Source of the DNA: Tubulanus polymorphus
Taxonomy: Eukaryota; Animalia; Nemertea
Direction: 5' to 3'
DNA length: 64,000 nucleotides
Assembly: GCF_964204645.1 (NCBI RefSeq)
Contig: NC_134027.1
Location: forward strand, 6,852,485 to 6,916,484
Of the stretch, positions 23,623 through 64,000 are shown piece after piece. Under the pieces are notes generated by a model that was not told the DNA's origin, did no database searches, and was given only the letters and a program-made list of their open reading frames with translations. Position 1 is the stretch's first letter; every line of letters starts with the position of its first letter. The translations under genes were made by a program, and so were the position numbers.

Positions 23623-26369
23623 GTAACGTTTGAAATTATTTTGAGATTAGTTATATTTGGTTTTGAGTATAGTTTAAGGAATGTTTTTTCTACGTTGGAT
23701 ATCGAGGCATAAGGACAGCAGGTAGAGGTGCCTGCCTCGCTCCGGCGGCTCTTCGCCTTCCTTCGCCTTCGGATCGTTTTCATGATTTCACTAATACTCA
23801 TTTAGATTTGGAGGAGTTCATGATTGATTGTAAAAAGTGAGTTAAAAGCTTTAAAATGAGATAGATGAGTGAAAGTTGCTGAAAAGATTTTTTAATTTTT
23901 CGCAAAGATGGAGAAATTTAGCTTACACACAAACAGTCAGTCAGTGCAGTGTGGTTTATTCGCCATGCCCATTGGCTATTGGATATTTCATAGTTTTCAT
24001 GAACGCCTTAACACAAAGGAATGAAATTTCAAAGATTGTAATTTTGTTGTTCATGTCATTAGTTGACATAAATTTGAATTCTTTGAATCTTAGGCACAGT
24101 AGTCCTAATTGTGGTTATTGTACAATTGAAACACTATTCAATCAGGAGTATGCCTGCGCTAAGATGGTTTCTTTTATTTGCCTAATTAGGTATCTATTTT
24201 GGTGTTGAAATGGATGGATTGTTTAATGTATGGTTAAATAGGACTTCATCCAATCAGTCATTAGTTCTCTAATCCTATCCGTGAAAATATCTACACTGTC
24301 TTCTTGCCTATGGTTTGGAAAGTATTGTTCATAACTGGATGAGCAATGTGATTGGCATTTATATGATTTGGTTGTTTGATAGATATTTGAAATACCACTT
24401 AGTGTATCACATTCACTAGACTAGACAAGAGATAGACTAACAAAAAATAGTTTGAATTGGTCTATCATTATGTATCATTGAATATGACCCATCTATTAAA
24501 CATAATGCCCAACTTGTTATTCTTGACCAGCATTGTAATGAATCCAAGTATTTGTCTTTTTATGAACATAACCTCTCGGTATCAGCTATAAACAGGGTTG
24601 TGAAATAGAAATTTATTAGACATGATTACTTTATTTTAGTCAGTAACTGGACTTAGGTTTAGTTTCAGGATAGGATGGTATGCCTGTGATTCTTAAAGTT
24701 TAAAATCAGCGATTAACTTCAAATAACTAGCTTCAGTTTCGTTGATTCTGTTGCAATATGTGTCAAATTCTATCAGATCAGTTGCCAGTTGTGCAAATAA
24801 TACCACCATAGAATTACAATAGAAAATAGAATTCAATTGGCCTATAGGCTAATTTTTCCTCAATAGAGATCATGTGAAAAAAAATTTACACTTCAAGATC
24901 AACTTCTTTAATGATGACATTTTAAAATTCTATCCAGTTTTCTTGGCGATTAGCCTACCGACTAAACTATCATTTTTGCTCAGCCTTTGGGGTTTTACTA
25001 TGAATATTCAACAAATGATTGCCTTTTGAATAAATCATTAATTAAATTTCACGTAAGCTCGTCTTTTATCTATAATCAATGGCGCACTGCTGAATGACGT
25101 TCAGCATTCGGTAGTGTGAGATTACTCGGCGCTTTAAATGGTTACATTTCAAAGTAGACGCATCTCATATCCGATCCGATCGTTGGATTATTTACTCACC
25201 AGTTATATTTCACGCACTCGACAGAGCCCTTCTTTTTAGCGATCGATTTTTTAGCGAGCTTATCGTCTCTCCGTTTCGGCGAACGGTATACGGAATATTC
25301 ATTTTATCAGTTTAATGAATTCGTCATGAAATCAGGTGACGGGAGAAATTATGGGAAAAAAAGTTATTATCTACGATGTCAACATCCGTACGATTTTCAT
25401 TTCGCTGTCAATTGCTGTTTATTCAGATTCCGATCGCTCAAATAAGAGCGAAACGTTAGTTTCTGTCGCGTTGCTATTTGTCTTATATTTTAATTGCGTC
25501 TTGAAAATTCAATTTCACGCTTTCCAAATCTCTGATGCATTTCGATGATATTTTGCTTTTCGCATATGAGCGATTAGTCCCCGGATGATTTTCTCTTTTC
25601 TATGCGTTTTAGTTATCGGGTGACAGCGATTCATATGTCTGGTGAATACGATAAGATACAATTTGTATATATCTCAGCTTGATTCCATACGCTGGCAGCA
25701 TCATTTATCATGCCGATATACATAGAGCCTTTAATTTTCTCAAAAAGCTTCCTGTTGAGGCCTTATCATTTTCAGATAGCTGGGTTTTTTGGCGAAGAGA
25801 ATTTACGACTGACAATGATACATAATCTGTCGTAAAAAAGTAAAGTAATTCTGATGGAAAATCCGTTTTCTTCCAAGTTCACCGTATGCCTGCTATCACG
25901 CCGGGCATCGAACGAAATCTGGCAAAACTTTATGAATCTAGACTCAAATTCAATCTGAAATAGAAATGAGGTTTATACAAGCTCGAAGTCTACAATATTT
26001 GCACATTCTTCATCATTACATGAATGGAAACATGAAATTGGCATCTGTTATCATATTTGTTAATGAATGATTGATTGTTTTAATGCATAATCATTGTCTG
26101 TGTAATACACAGCCAATCAACTGCGCCTTCAAATATGGCCGCGTAAAACGTCAGATTCTAATGCATATGATTATGCATGTATATTATTGATGACATTTGA
26201 TTTTTCCATGAACTTGTCAAAAGTGCTAGATAATAAATTAATAAATCATGAAAGTCAGAATGAAGGATTATGTGGTGATTACATTCATTCTAACCTGAAG
26301 TTGTTACTGTCGATTGCTTACTTAATCAACGTGTAAACCCGATTTGATCAGTTTGATTTTGTCTGGCGA

Positions 26370-26374
<5 letters not shown>

Positions 26375-26428
<54 letters not shown>
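26375..26428. repeat. (AT)n microsatellite
   Basis: Pure AT run, read directly. Confidence 0.98.
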
Positions 26429-26432
<4 letters not shown>

Positions 26433-29400
26433 CTTTAAGATTACCACTTTCGAATATCTCTTACACATTTATGTATGTTGTAATTAATGAAGAAATGCAT
26501 GTGTGCATTACTATGTTAGTTTTCATATAGGCGACAATGGTATAATGTACTGCCTTACTGAATACATATGTGTCACCACTCTTTACAAAATCACTACAAA
26601 GACTTTCCATAATAAAAAATTCAGTCGTTTTCATATCCTCCAGACATTGAGCAACGTACATAAAAGGTAGAAGTGCTGCAGGCATTTTCATATCGACAGT
26701 ATTTCAATAGGTGCTTGTATTTTGAGAGACTGAATATGCGAATAGGCCACCCATCTCGAGGCCTATTTTTTGGTTCATTAATTAACGAGGATCTTATAGT
26801 GAGTTCAGTATAGATTGTTTATTCGAAACAGTTCACCACGAAGATGACTTATCCTCCCGGGAATGAGAAGCTATATCATTGACAAATACGAAGAATTTTT
26901 TTATTTTTGGTCATCTCTATTTTTAGGAATGATATATCGAATTTGCCTTGTCCATTATCCAATAAGAAATCATAATCTAACCCGGTCTCCGTCCATATCA
27001 GATATATTCAATGATATGATTAACTTCTATGCAGTAACCGGTCAATATTTACCCTTAATGATTGGCCCGAGAACGTTGCTGGTATAACGTCTTAGCAATA
27101 CCTGCTAACTGACATATAGGTCATAACTATTATGCTGTATCGATTTACTTGTACAGGTGAATTCCAGTGGTATGACTATTACTACTTCTATTACAAAAGT
27201 ACTGATTAATTGAGAACCGTGTGTGAAAAAAACTATGCTACGTCTAAGACTTCCTCATTTTTTGACATCGCTATTAAAAGCATTTCGAGACAAGGAAACT
27301 GACACGGCACACCTATTATGGTTTAATGGCGTATTTCGTAACATTCGCATGGTAATGACGACTGGTGGAGTGTTTACAGTGTCGCTGTTATCTCAATAAC
27401 AAGATCTTGTCACAAGTTTCTACGCACTCGAGCTACCAGGGTTATTGCTGAATTCGCATGAGTTGTAGGTCATTCGCTGCAAACTTCATCACTTTTGATG
27501 CATTTCGTATGACCAACGATGATGATATTATCTAGGACCATCTTTTTGCCATAGATAATTCAAGCGATGGTGGTGCTTCGATTTCAGAATTCGTATCTCA
27601 TAAGGCCTAGCCATTTGATTAATTATCTCCCAGCTTTAGCCCCCGTTTAATATAGTACCAAAAGATAACTGCTTCCAAGGACTCCATATATCAGCTAGTG
27701 TCACTGGCAGATTACCATAAATAATCAAATTTCCACTAGACTTTAAAGTCTGTTGATTCAATTTAATGTTCCCATTTTAGCTAATGGTTTCTGAATCCAC
27801 GAGGCAAGATCGCATTCAATTAATCATAATCGCCTTTAATGTCTTAGCGTCTTTTCACTTATAATATGATTGTTCTCACCTTTCGGTCAACGTGTTTAAC
27901 TAGTAGAAATATTCGAGGCCACTCACGGATCATCCGTGAAATAGATAGGCCCTAAGGCATTATTTTTACTCCTTTTATAGGCCTAGCTGGTTTTCTATTT
28001 GAATACCCTTATTTTTTGTGCTTATCATATTTTTCCAGTAGTCAGCTGCAATTACTTGCATTCGGTGGGTGAATGTGTATCGGGGGTTTATATTGCTACT
28101 GCCTACGTGAAAAGAGTTTCCAATAGCTACCGGGTTGGAGGCTATTTCCTTTTCCATAAATTGGATTTCTCCAATGTGTCGAGGCTATAAAAAGACCCAT
28201 CGGTAGTAACCTGTATGCTAAATATCAGGTCGGAAAACTGATCTGTTCTATTATCTCGTCCCAATTATTAAGGTTGGAACATTGAGGCCGATATGGATGG
28301 GAATATTTGTCACAGCCTGTATGGTAAGTTAATAAAAGGTAATGTGATCAACCACCTCTGTCATTTCAATGAAATGCCTGTCCAGGATGTGTGACAACTG
28401 CCCCTACATTATGAGACATTACAGCAATACCCCCCTGCTAGATAAGATTGAACCAATTACCATGGAGTCATCTTTCTATTGTAACCAAGACTGAACTTTC
28501 ATTATCAGTACCATTGCAATCTAGATAACATCTATTAATCATTATGTTATTAATATTTCTTATAGTTATGTATACGATGTATATGTATACTGTGTATATA
28601 TTTATTGAACTATCTACTGGAAGGTAAGTCCATAAAATGCACCCTGTTGTTTGGTATTCAATGCGTATTATTGCCGCAGGGATGTTTTATGCTATTATGG
28701 ACTTCGTTGGACTAACTTGTTTTTGTTGCTAATTGTGTTTTCCGGTCAGTTATTTTCGATGTCTAAGTTAGTAGTGGGTATTTAGGTATTCCATTGCGGA
28801 ATAAGCTTTAGAAATATTTATTGGTACCGATGTAGGTAATGTTATCCGTGCAGTGCATATCCAGTCGGCAATAGCAAGTGCAGGAAGTTTTTAGAATTCT
28901 AAAAATACTTACCAGATATAAATGAATGTGTATTGTATGAAAGAAATGAATTTTTTCTTCCGTCAGGGCTAAAATTCAAATTACGTACGCTGTAAGTTAA
29001 TACAGTAGGCCTTATTCATAGCGAATTCTGTACGTTTTCTGATTAACAATTCGAATTCAAATGGCTTTCAGGTTTTCGTAAACTAGTTTCGTGCGGCACT
29101 TAATGGCTCATTTCACTTCATCTAGTGTTGTCAGTCTCTGTGGAAATTCGCCGTGCACAGCCATTTGTTTTACCTCCGGGGACATTCTGAAACAGTTGAC
29201 ACTTGCATGTATCGTTAGCACTGATTGCAGCTTAAATTCTTTGCGAGGAAAATCGGTTTGCCTTTCTTTCTTTTTGCGACCAACTGCAGACTTACGTACT
29301 GATCTAGCGATGGAATCAGAACTATTGCACATTGACTGCACGTCTTTATTAGGAATTCCCTCGGCAATATACCTACGATGACGGGAAGCGGATATTAGAT

Positions 29401-32400
29401 CTACGCTCCTCGGCGTCGGACCGGTATGCTGGTACCGTAACAAACTCGGCGTTAACTTGATTCAAAAACTCCCAAATGTTCCTCGAGTCATTTAGTCGAG
29501 TTTCCTGTAATTCATCCTGCCATTAAGAAATTTTGTTTCAAGTTTCGAAAGCAACATGCTTTGGATTGGAATCGCTGAGCGCGCACATCTTGTGTGTGAT
29601 ATGAATTAATGTTTGTAGCGGACGAAAAGCCATTCACAGAAAATACTATGAAAGGCTGTCATATGTTTTGAGCAACTCCTAATGGCATTAATCCGTTCTG
29701 ATGCAATTTTCTTTCCTGAGAGCTGCTTACGTTAATAAGAGGTCTTGGCATTTTAAAGTTTTAAAGCAGGTGGAGTTGAAAGCTATATGGTTAATTTCCT
29801 GATCATGTATTACTTCAGCTAATTGATTTGTTGGCTCAGTATTCTTTGTTGTTGTTATGTCGCGATCGAAAAAGCTTTCGGAATATTGTCGTTTTCTAAG
29901 GTACCACTTCAACGCTATTGATATCTACTAAAGCAATTGGCTCAACTAGTTTTCATCCAATTCCACTATTTATTCCGTTTATTGAACTATCGCTTGTAGT
30001 CCTTGGAACATTACCTACTCCATTATTCCCATTCAATTTCATTTTTCTTTGGCATTTGCTTTTCGATGTTTCGAGTAATTGTTGTGATTGGTTGGCTGGC
30101 TGGCAGGCAGATTTGCTAGGCTGCGATTGATGCCATGTTTTCTCTTTATTCTTATCTGGTCGCTGAGCGTCGGTGATTGCGGTTACGAACGGAAGACTGA
30201 CACAACAAGGATAATGACTCCCTGTGGTATTGACGGCATACGTGACATTTTTTTTTCGGGTTCATATCCTGGGCAAAGATTGATGTTGCTATCATAAATC
30301 CAAACGCAGCAAAAACTGTCTGTATTTATGAATTTTTCGAAATGGCCATTCATCAGCATTGTCAGGCAAATGGCCACTTTGAATCCCCTACCGATCGTAT
30401 CCCTATTGGACTTATAGCTTGGCAATTTGTTTCTGTATCGAAAGAGTTACCCCGGTAATTGGCCTCGATGAAAAATGCTGTCGTTAAGAAAATGAATAGT
30501 ATGACTATTTTCCGCCAGCAACTTTATTTATGCGCCACATGCACATTTCAGACGTTTGGACAAGTACAAAGGCGTTTAGTATCATTTTCGTTAAAGCCTT
30601 GTTAAGGCTAATCGATGAATAACGGCTTTAATGACTAGAGGGAAATAAGATATAAGACTTAAGGCTGTTAGAAATGGTACGACAAGAATAGACAGGAAAT
30701 ATTCTGAAGTATTGACGGCGGCGTTGTACCGTATTTGTAGTGTGAACATATTTATCTGTTCATCATTAATTGATTCCTGATTACTCTGCTGGAAATCAAT
30801 TTTCGCCTACAAATGTCATATTACATAGGATCACCACTTCCCATACACCCATTGGTGCATGATATTAGATCTGGCTCGATGAAATTAACACCCGTCCTCG
30901 TTAATGGTAGATATCGTTGTCATCAGTCGCTTGTTGGTGTGTTCGTAGCGCTGCTTCTGATACATCACGACTAATACCTCCGGGCAGATTATTGAGCAAT
31001 TGTCATCTTTGATTGTCTAGAATACCTTTTTCTTTGAAGAAGGGTAAAATTATGTATGATTGTCGTTTGAAATGGTTGTGAGTCGATAGATGTTGCGTTT
31101 AAGAACGTTCGATGCTCGCTGTGAATTTCTCTGATCAATGCAACAATAATGTCTGAGGGGAACATCTGGATCGTCGGCTGTCAGAGAAAAGAAAGTCAGT
31201 CGCAGGGATTTTCAGGACCATCGCTATCATCTTGATAAAAAAAATCACAAACATAACATCCGATTCTAACACTGTAGTGTCATGAACCTAAAGTAGAGAT
31301 AAATCTAAGTACTGGCCTATGGAAGGAATTTGTTTGATTTTTATCGCGAATTGGCATGAACATACTTATAAGTCAAATTTGCTGATTCAATTCAATTTAA
31401 GATTTAGTGCTACAAAGTACTAGACATTTCTAATCAGTAATTAGGATGGCAAGATCGTCATTGTTGCTGCTTTGAATAATGGACTCCATTTTAGAATCCA
31501 TGTTTGAATTGATGAAATCAGGCATCATCATTGACTGGAGGCTGAGAAATTTCATTCTTGTTTTTAGTATTTTACAATGGAAATCTTTTTCGAGTTTGTA
31601 TGAAACAATCATGGCAATCTGTACGAAGTTTCCAGAAGTTTCCATTAATGCAGTGACAATCTCTTGCTGGGTTTGGTACCTTATTGAATCGCAAGACTGC
31701 CACAGCACTGTGTTCCATTTAGTAGACCATGTACGCAACTATTCGTGCATCACTATTATCTTTATCCAGTCAGAAATCATGTTTCATTCGGTCAATGATT
31801 TGTCCACTAAAGCATGTATGAAAATCTCATTCAGTCGATAGACCATGTGGCGTTGCTGGGCATCTCCGCTGCTGTGCCAAGGCATCTACCATCAGGGTCG
31901 AATCTCGTATGATGCTGTAACTCAACTGGGTCCATCTGTTGATGGAATAAGCTCAGTACTAAATAGATTACCTGTCTGGAATTATATGAATATGCCTCTA
32001 CCTTCTGATGGGGTTAGCGAGAGTTTGAATAGTCCGGATAACTAGCATTATCGTAGCAACTTCGTTGTGTGTTGCGCTAGTTGTAATAATTCATGGCTGA
32101 TAACTTTGCGTGTTGAATGAAAATATGAAGCACGATGATGTGTTCATGTCTCCGCTGCTGCTGTTATCACAACACCGAACCCTTATCACCGAGGTAATTT
32201 TGACATGAGACTGTAGCTTGTGATTTGTCAACCGAATTTGACCCCTCTTGGGAATTTATACAAACTTACTAAGATGCCGAAAATCAATTTTCTTTTGCTA
32301 CTGATCAGAGGAGCTTCATTAACGGTAATGGTAAGTTATACTTTCATCATCTAGCATCGGGTATCAACTGCTTGTTGATCGGTTAAATTCAATTCTTTAA

Positions 32401-33588
32401 ACCTGGCTGCTGTGAATTGTTTTTGAAGTGGTTTGGAAATATCAGTCATCTGTATGCCGTCCCTGCGTGTTAGCCATAGTGCTTTATGGTCCGGAAGTTT
32501 GGTGTAGATTGATTGGCTGCCGTTATTGTGTGCTAATGTTTCTCATAAATCGTGGACACCCGTTTCACTTATATGTCAACCTTGCAATGCCATCTGAACG
32601 GAACCTGTACCGTTCCATTATTAGTCTTTTCATCATGTTATATTACTGCAGTTCTTTCGGTTTTTACTAGGTATTTTCTCGTCACGCGAGACGTTTATTG
32701 TTTTTCGAGGATTGCAGTCTATTAACGTATATATTACCAACGCAAGGTTACTGTACCTAGGCCTCAGACTCAGATTATACCTCGAAGCCCAGCCAATTCA
32801 TGTAGATTTTATTAAGTCATACACGATATATTTTTGTTCTCAAAAGCTTTGAATTTGAAAAGATAAACAGTAGACTGCACTGAAGACGCACCTTTCTGGG
32901 CTGTAAAAATGTATCTCAACTGTATTGGTTCAAAGTGTCAATAACATCATCCCATTTCTATTCTGAAATCATTGATTTAATTAAGAAAACGCCGGGAATT
33001 CTGTCAAGTGGGAATGCTGAGGTGAAAAAGATTGAGGTGGGGGAAATGACCTGTAAGTAGACACAGATGGAAGGATATTTTCTCACTATTCAATCGTTTT
33101 AGAGTATTGGTTGAATATCAAATTATCTCCACGGGAAACCTGGAACCAGATACACCAATAATCTTTCGCTTCTTCGTTGTCATAACTGAATCAGACCTTT
33201 CACATTTCAAAATGAAAGCAATTTTCTCTTCTGAAGAGATATTCTTCTTTTCCATGCATTTCTGTGATTGTGTATCGATCACTTTATCATATATCATATT
33301 ATCCATGCGGTACAGACTCTTCACAGTCTGTTGCGTTTTGTGATCAAATATCTCTGGCGAGCTCGCTACAGGCTGCTTCGCTCTTCAGTCGTGCGCTCGT
33401 TAAGACGAAAACCTTGCGTAAAAGGTTTTGTTTTATGCGCATGAATGCAGGTACTTATTTCTGATAAGAAATGAAATTTTATTTTGGAGCGACAGGTCGT
33501 GTAAGGTCTTATTCGTGAAGCTTTGATATCGTATGATCTTTTTATTTTTATAATACATTCGTATTTTTGCCACCAGTGGGTTATATTA

Positions 33589-33871
33589 GCCGCAATCACA
33601 TCGAGAGGATTTGGCCCAGGCCTAATTGGCAAGGATCAGGCCCGAGTCAAATTTGGCCTGTGCCTAGAAAGTGCATTATTAATCACTCACTCGATACTAA
33701 ACAATGCTAAAACAAATAGAAGTGAGTTATTTCCGGAATCTGTAGCATTTCACGTTTTTGGTCGGACCAAACAGGTATGGGCCCATATGGTACTTGTGTG
33801 AACAGTTCCTCTGAGCCAAATTTGGCACAAGCAAATTTGGTCCGTGCAAAAGACACTTGTGTGATGGCGGC
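33589..33871. mobile_element. MITE family A, copy 1 (GCCGC.ATCACA TIRs, internal AAATTTGGC repeats)
   Basis: GCCGCAATCACA ... TGTGATGGCGGC; similar to 37463-37712 and 49360-49487. Confidence 0.7.
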
Positions 33872-35758
33872 AATTAGGCGTGGTTTTGGCAAAGTTTCTC
33901 AGCACTGTGTTTCTTGATATTTTGTTAGTCGAGACGCTTTTCATATATAGTTGAATACTAGAATACTACTTACTGAATACTTACTGAATAATCAGGTATG
34001 TTAGGAGCTTAGGTGCCGTTATCAAAAATAGGCATTTCATAAAAATGGTGACTCAAGTTTACCGTGGGGAGACATGTGGGTTAAAACATTCATTTGAAGT
34101 ACATTTGAAGCTCTTATAGTTTTTCTAGGACATAGATTGAACAGTTCTTCGTCAAAATGCAAATTTAATGGCAGAGTTTCATGTGACAAATAGACATCGT
34201 AAGTAACATGTTTCTCAAAGTAAATACTATTGAAAGTAAAAGCATTCAAAGGGGTAACAAGTGAACCGATCAGACCGGAATATTGCTGGAGACAATGGAT
34301 TATTTCGCTCTTTGGTATAGATGTGCATGTGCCAGGCTTTTCTTATCATCGGAAAATCTGGCTGTATTCTACAAATATTTGTGAACATGTTGGAATTCAT
34401 TGATCTACAGACTAGTCTTATTCAGCAATAGATTATTTACTTACCGGCTTCTTCGGTATAAATGCTTACCAAAATAGATTTTCTTCACGGTTTACTTAAT
34501 AAGCATCGGTAGAATTTGACAATGATTATTTCATTGGATTTATCATGAACTTTAGAGTACGTGGTTTTATCTAGTCTTTATTGAGAGGTCAAGTTGCTCA
34601 GTCTGCGTAGTTCTCAACCCCACCGTACTTCAGTAGTAAGATATCTTCATGTTCAATGTCTAATGCATAACTTGCTTAATGCCATTAGTAAGTCTCTGCT
34701 AAGACCTTGGGGCCTCGGCCTTGATTGTGTATACTTTTTGTGATAATCCCCTCATGGCATTTATTTCTTCGTCTGTTGGTATAGTTTAGCCATTCTAGTT
34801 TAACCACCTCTCTTTAATTGTATCAAAAACAATTGCAAAACCATTTCGCAACTCCAAGGAAGATTTGTGCTAAAACCCAGTTAGAAATCATCATCAGCAC
34901 TTAGAAATGAAAATCAATCGCTGGCTAGAATAGCCACAATTGGATGTAGAAAAAAGAAGTTTGTTTCGGTTTTTATCGATATTATTTTCATAGAGTTTCA
35001 TTCAGTAAACTACGTACGCAATGTGAGTTGGCATAGGCCTATATACGTCTTTATTCGTTGCAATTTCGGACATCTTTCATTAATACTGTGCCTCGAGGAG
35101 CTGTTCGACCGGATGAAACTAGCCGGTATTTCGCTGCTGCTAGTCGATTGAATCTTCTCGCGATTGATCGACGATTCCCGGTTTCTTTTCCCAGTTGTGC
35201 CGACATTTAATAGAAGCAGCCACTGTATCTAACATGGATTGTTGTATCGGAGCAAAGTAAGTTATATATTCTGTCATTTGTCAGCTCGCCACCCCCAGGG
35301 TGTGATGCAAGCGGCAATTTGTCGCCGTTCACGACTTCGCTCGCGATCTACTAGCAGTCGAATTCGAATGGAATGAATGTCGCGATGTCGGGATGCGGCT
35401 CGTCGTAGTCTTCCTTTCGGTGGTCGTCGTCGGCTTTGTATCTCGTCGACAACGCGACTGTTCGTGTTCGGTACACGGAAGCATTCTGAATGATAACGCG
35501 TTATTTGCGGCTCTCACGGCGCGATGATCATCAAGAGCTGTTTCTATGTGTGTAGATGTTAATGATCTATTTGATGACCGCTGATTTGCATATACGTTGA
35601 TTAAACATCATTAACGAATGAGGGATATATAACTTTACTTGCTACGCTTGCCGTACAATCACCCATCAACTTCTCGAGGTATATTTCATTAATTGATGTC
35701 GTAAAGTTGTATGATTCTTAGATGAAATGGGGGTTGAATGGCGGTTAATTTCTCGTAA

Positions 35759-35880
35759 CAGTAAATCCGTTTAATCTGGATTATTCGGAACCTATGTAGC
35801 ACACGGTGGTACGGGTAAGTATTGGGTGAATAGTATCAGTATCGGGATGAGACTGATCTGGATAAAGCAGGTTTTGCCTG
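35759..35880. mobile_element. Tc1/mariner-type MITE (degenerate)
   Basis: CAGTAAATCCGTTTAATCTGGAT ... ATCTGGATAAAGCAGGTTTTGCCTG|TA; resembles 104-275. Confidence 0.45.
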
Positions 35881-36286
35881 TATATTCTTCTACATCGCTG
35901 TTCAGTGTGGTTAGACCTTTCGAATTTAACTGATGTAAGCATTTTTTCTAAATATGGTCATTCAAAGGTCAAGCGTTCTTTTTCTGTCAAAATTGACATT
36001 AATAGCAAAGTTATAAATATTAAACGATGAAAAGACAAGTTCAAGCGTTTTTCTTCCTATTTTAGTTACTAGAACTGGTTGTGCCAATATCCAATGAGAC
36101 AACTGATTGTTTTTGCTTATATATGTGTATATTCAGCCCATCAGATTTGATATTTGACGAAAATTATTTGACAATCAAAACAACTTTTGATGTTTTTATC
36201 GGAATTATGTCAAAATAAAGATATATTGACGGGTAAATGACGAGACAATCTGCCAGAAAATACAAACCATATACAATTGGAGAAAT

Positions 36287-36300
36287 GTTTCCATGGCAAC
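36287..36300. promoter_or_regulatory. Consensus RFX X-box GTTTCCATGGCAAC
   Basis: Matches GTYNCC-AT-GGNAAC. A second half-site, CATGGCAAC, is at about 36428. Confidence 0.5.
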
Positions 36301-37008
36301 GTGACAAATACAAAAGTTGATGATAGTTCAATTAGACTTATGCTTTATAATCCCTTATTCAAACTGAAACCAAAGAAGCTGACAGAGTATCCGTCAGTGT
36401 GTCAGTACCATACTTTGCCACATCCGTCATGGCAACATTGGTTTAACTCTGAAAAATTCTGGAAAATAATCTGTAGTCAATCTTTTTTTGACAAATGGGA
36501 GAGGAAATATTGAAGAAAAAGAATTAGCAATTGAGATATGGTGTTCATGTTCATCGGTAAACTGTAAGAGATACATTTTTTTGAAAAAGTTCAGAAAGTG
36601 AAATACGAATGACGATATCCAAATGACAATACGCGGAAAAATGGGGAATTATTGATATTCTAGAGTAAAACAGTCAACTTAAATCCATTAATCTTAAATC
36701 TATTAATACAGTGAAATAGAATTTCGTGGCATCATATTTCGTTGTGACAAGATACCAGGTGAACCGATGTGCAAACGGTTCCTTCATATAGTACATTGAA
36801 GTGCAATATTTTGGTATGAGAAAGCTAAAAATGATGATCATTGTGTCTTGTAGGTTGTCGTTAATGATACCATTGATGTTGGTACTGAATAAGCACTAAC
36901 TACTCATCATCGGATCATGTGAAATACGTAAGGACCCAACGACCGGTCGTTCGTACGTAAACTTATTGGATTATTTTCAATGCGTTAACACCACACGGAT
37001 ATCTCCAC

Positions 37009-63499
<26,491 letters not shown>

Positions 63500-64000
63500 G
63501 TACTTTCATACTGGGTTCAGTTCCTAATGAATTCTCGCTCAAAATTAAGCTGTGGATGTATATCATGAATGTGGCTGTTTAGTAGTCTCAAAGTAGATTA
63601 ACGAAGCATCTTGTCACTAGCTCTGAAGGTTTTCCGCTTCAATTTGCTATTGAGAGCATGATTGATGGATAGAATTTAATTTCTACTCGACAAAACGAGG
63701 ATACCGATGCACATCATCATTTCAGAAAACTTAAATTGAGACTGATTACATGTGTATCTAGGTGTTATACAGCAGTGATTTCGCTGATGTATCTGTTGAT
63801 CGATCATCGCCTTCGTTTTGTAGCTTCTCGCTGGAAACAACTTTGATTAAAGTCATTCTCATGGTTCCCATATGTCCATGAATTAAAAATTCCCAGGTTT
63901 TTCCCAAGTATTTCATGGTTGATTTTTAAATTTTCCCAAATGGAAATGAACAGATACAATCATGTTTGTTGCAGTCAACATTTTAGTGGTGACTGGTTGA

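Noticed and set aside
31430-31841. Overlapping 102- and 120-aa ORFs, one with WSTKWN resembling a LINE reverse transcriptase
   Set aside because: I could not find the PQG or xADD motifs, so the evidence is too thin.
33589-33871. Short internal repeats (AAATTTGGC) as a CRISPR-like array
   Set aside because: Spacing is irregular, the repeats are bounded by TIRs, the context is a eukaryotic intron, and there are no cas genes.

Overview
AT-rich, intron-rich animal genomic DNA, most likely an invertebrate (lophotrochozoan-like; the taxon is inferred, not established). I rebuilt the spliced gene models by hand from splice sites and reading frame. The left 24 kb is gene-dense, with three head-to-head pairs and one convergent pair: a CUB-domain gene (-, runs off the left edge) / CIMIP1-C20orf85 (+); TMEM231 (-) / ORC5 (+); a transglutaminase (+) convergent with TIMM21 (-); and TIMM21 (-) / PPP1R16A-MYPT3-like (+). 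The PPP1R16A-like gene has very long introns, spans about 23.5 kb to the right edge and is incomplete at its 3' end. Introns carry many short MITE-like inverted-repeat elements, microsatellites and decayed transposon fragments. I found no prokaryote-style system such as CRISPR or an operon. The most interesting signals are: four frame-preserving phase-2 cassette/micro-exon candidates in PPP1R16A; a U12-type intron in TMEM231 with a poor branch point and an apparent compensated frameshift just downstream; a candidate myristoylated/palmitoylated N-terminus on the transglutaminase; a hammerhead-like remnant inside a palindromic intronic element; and RFX X-boxes.
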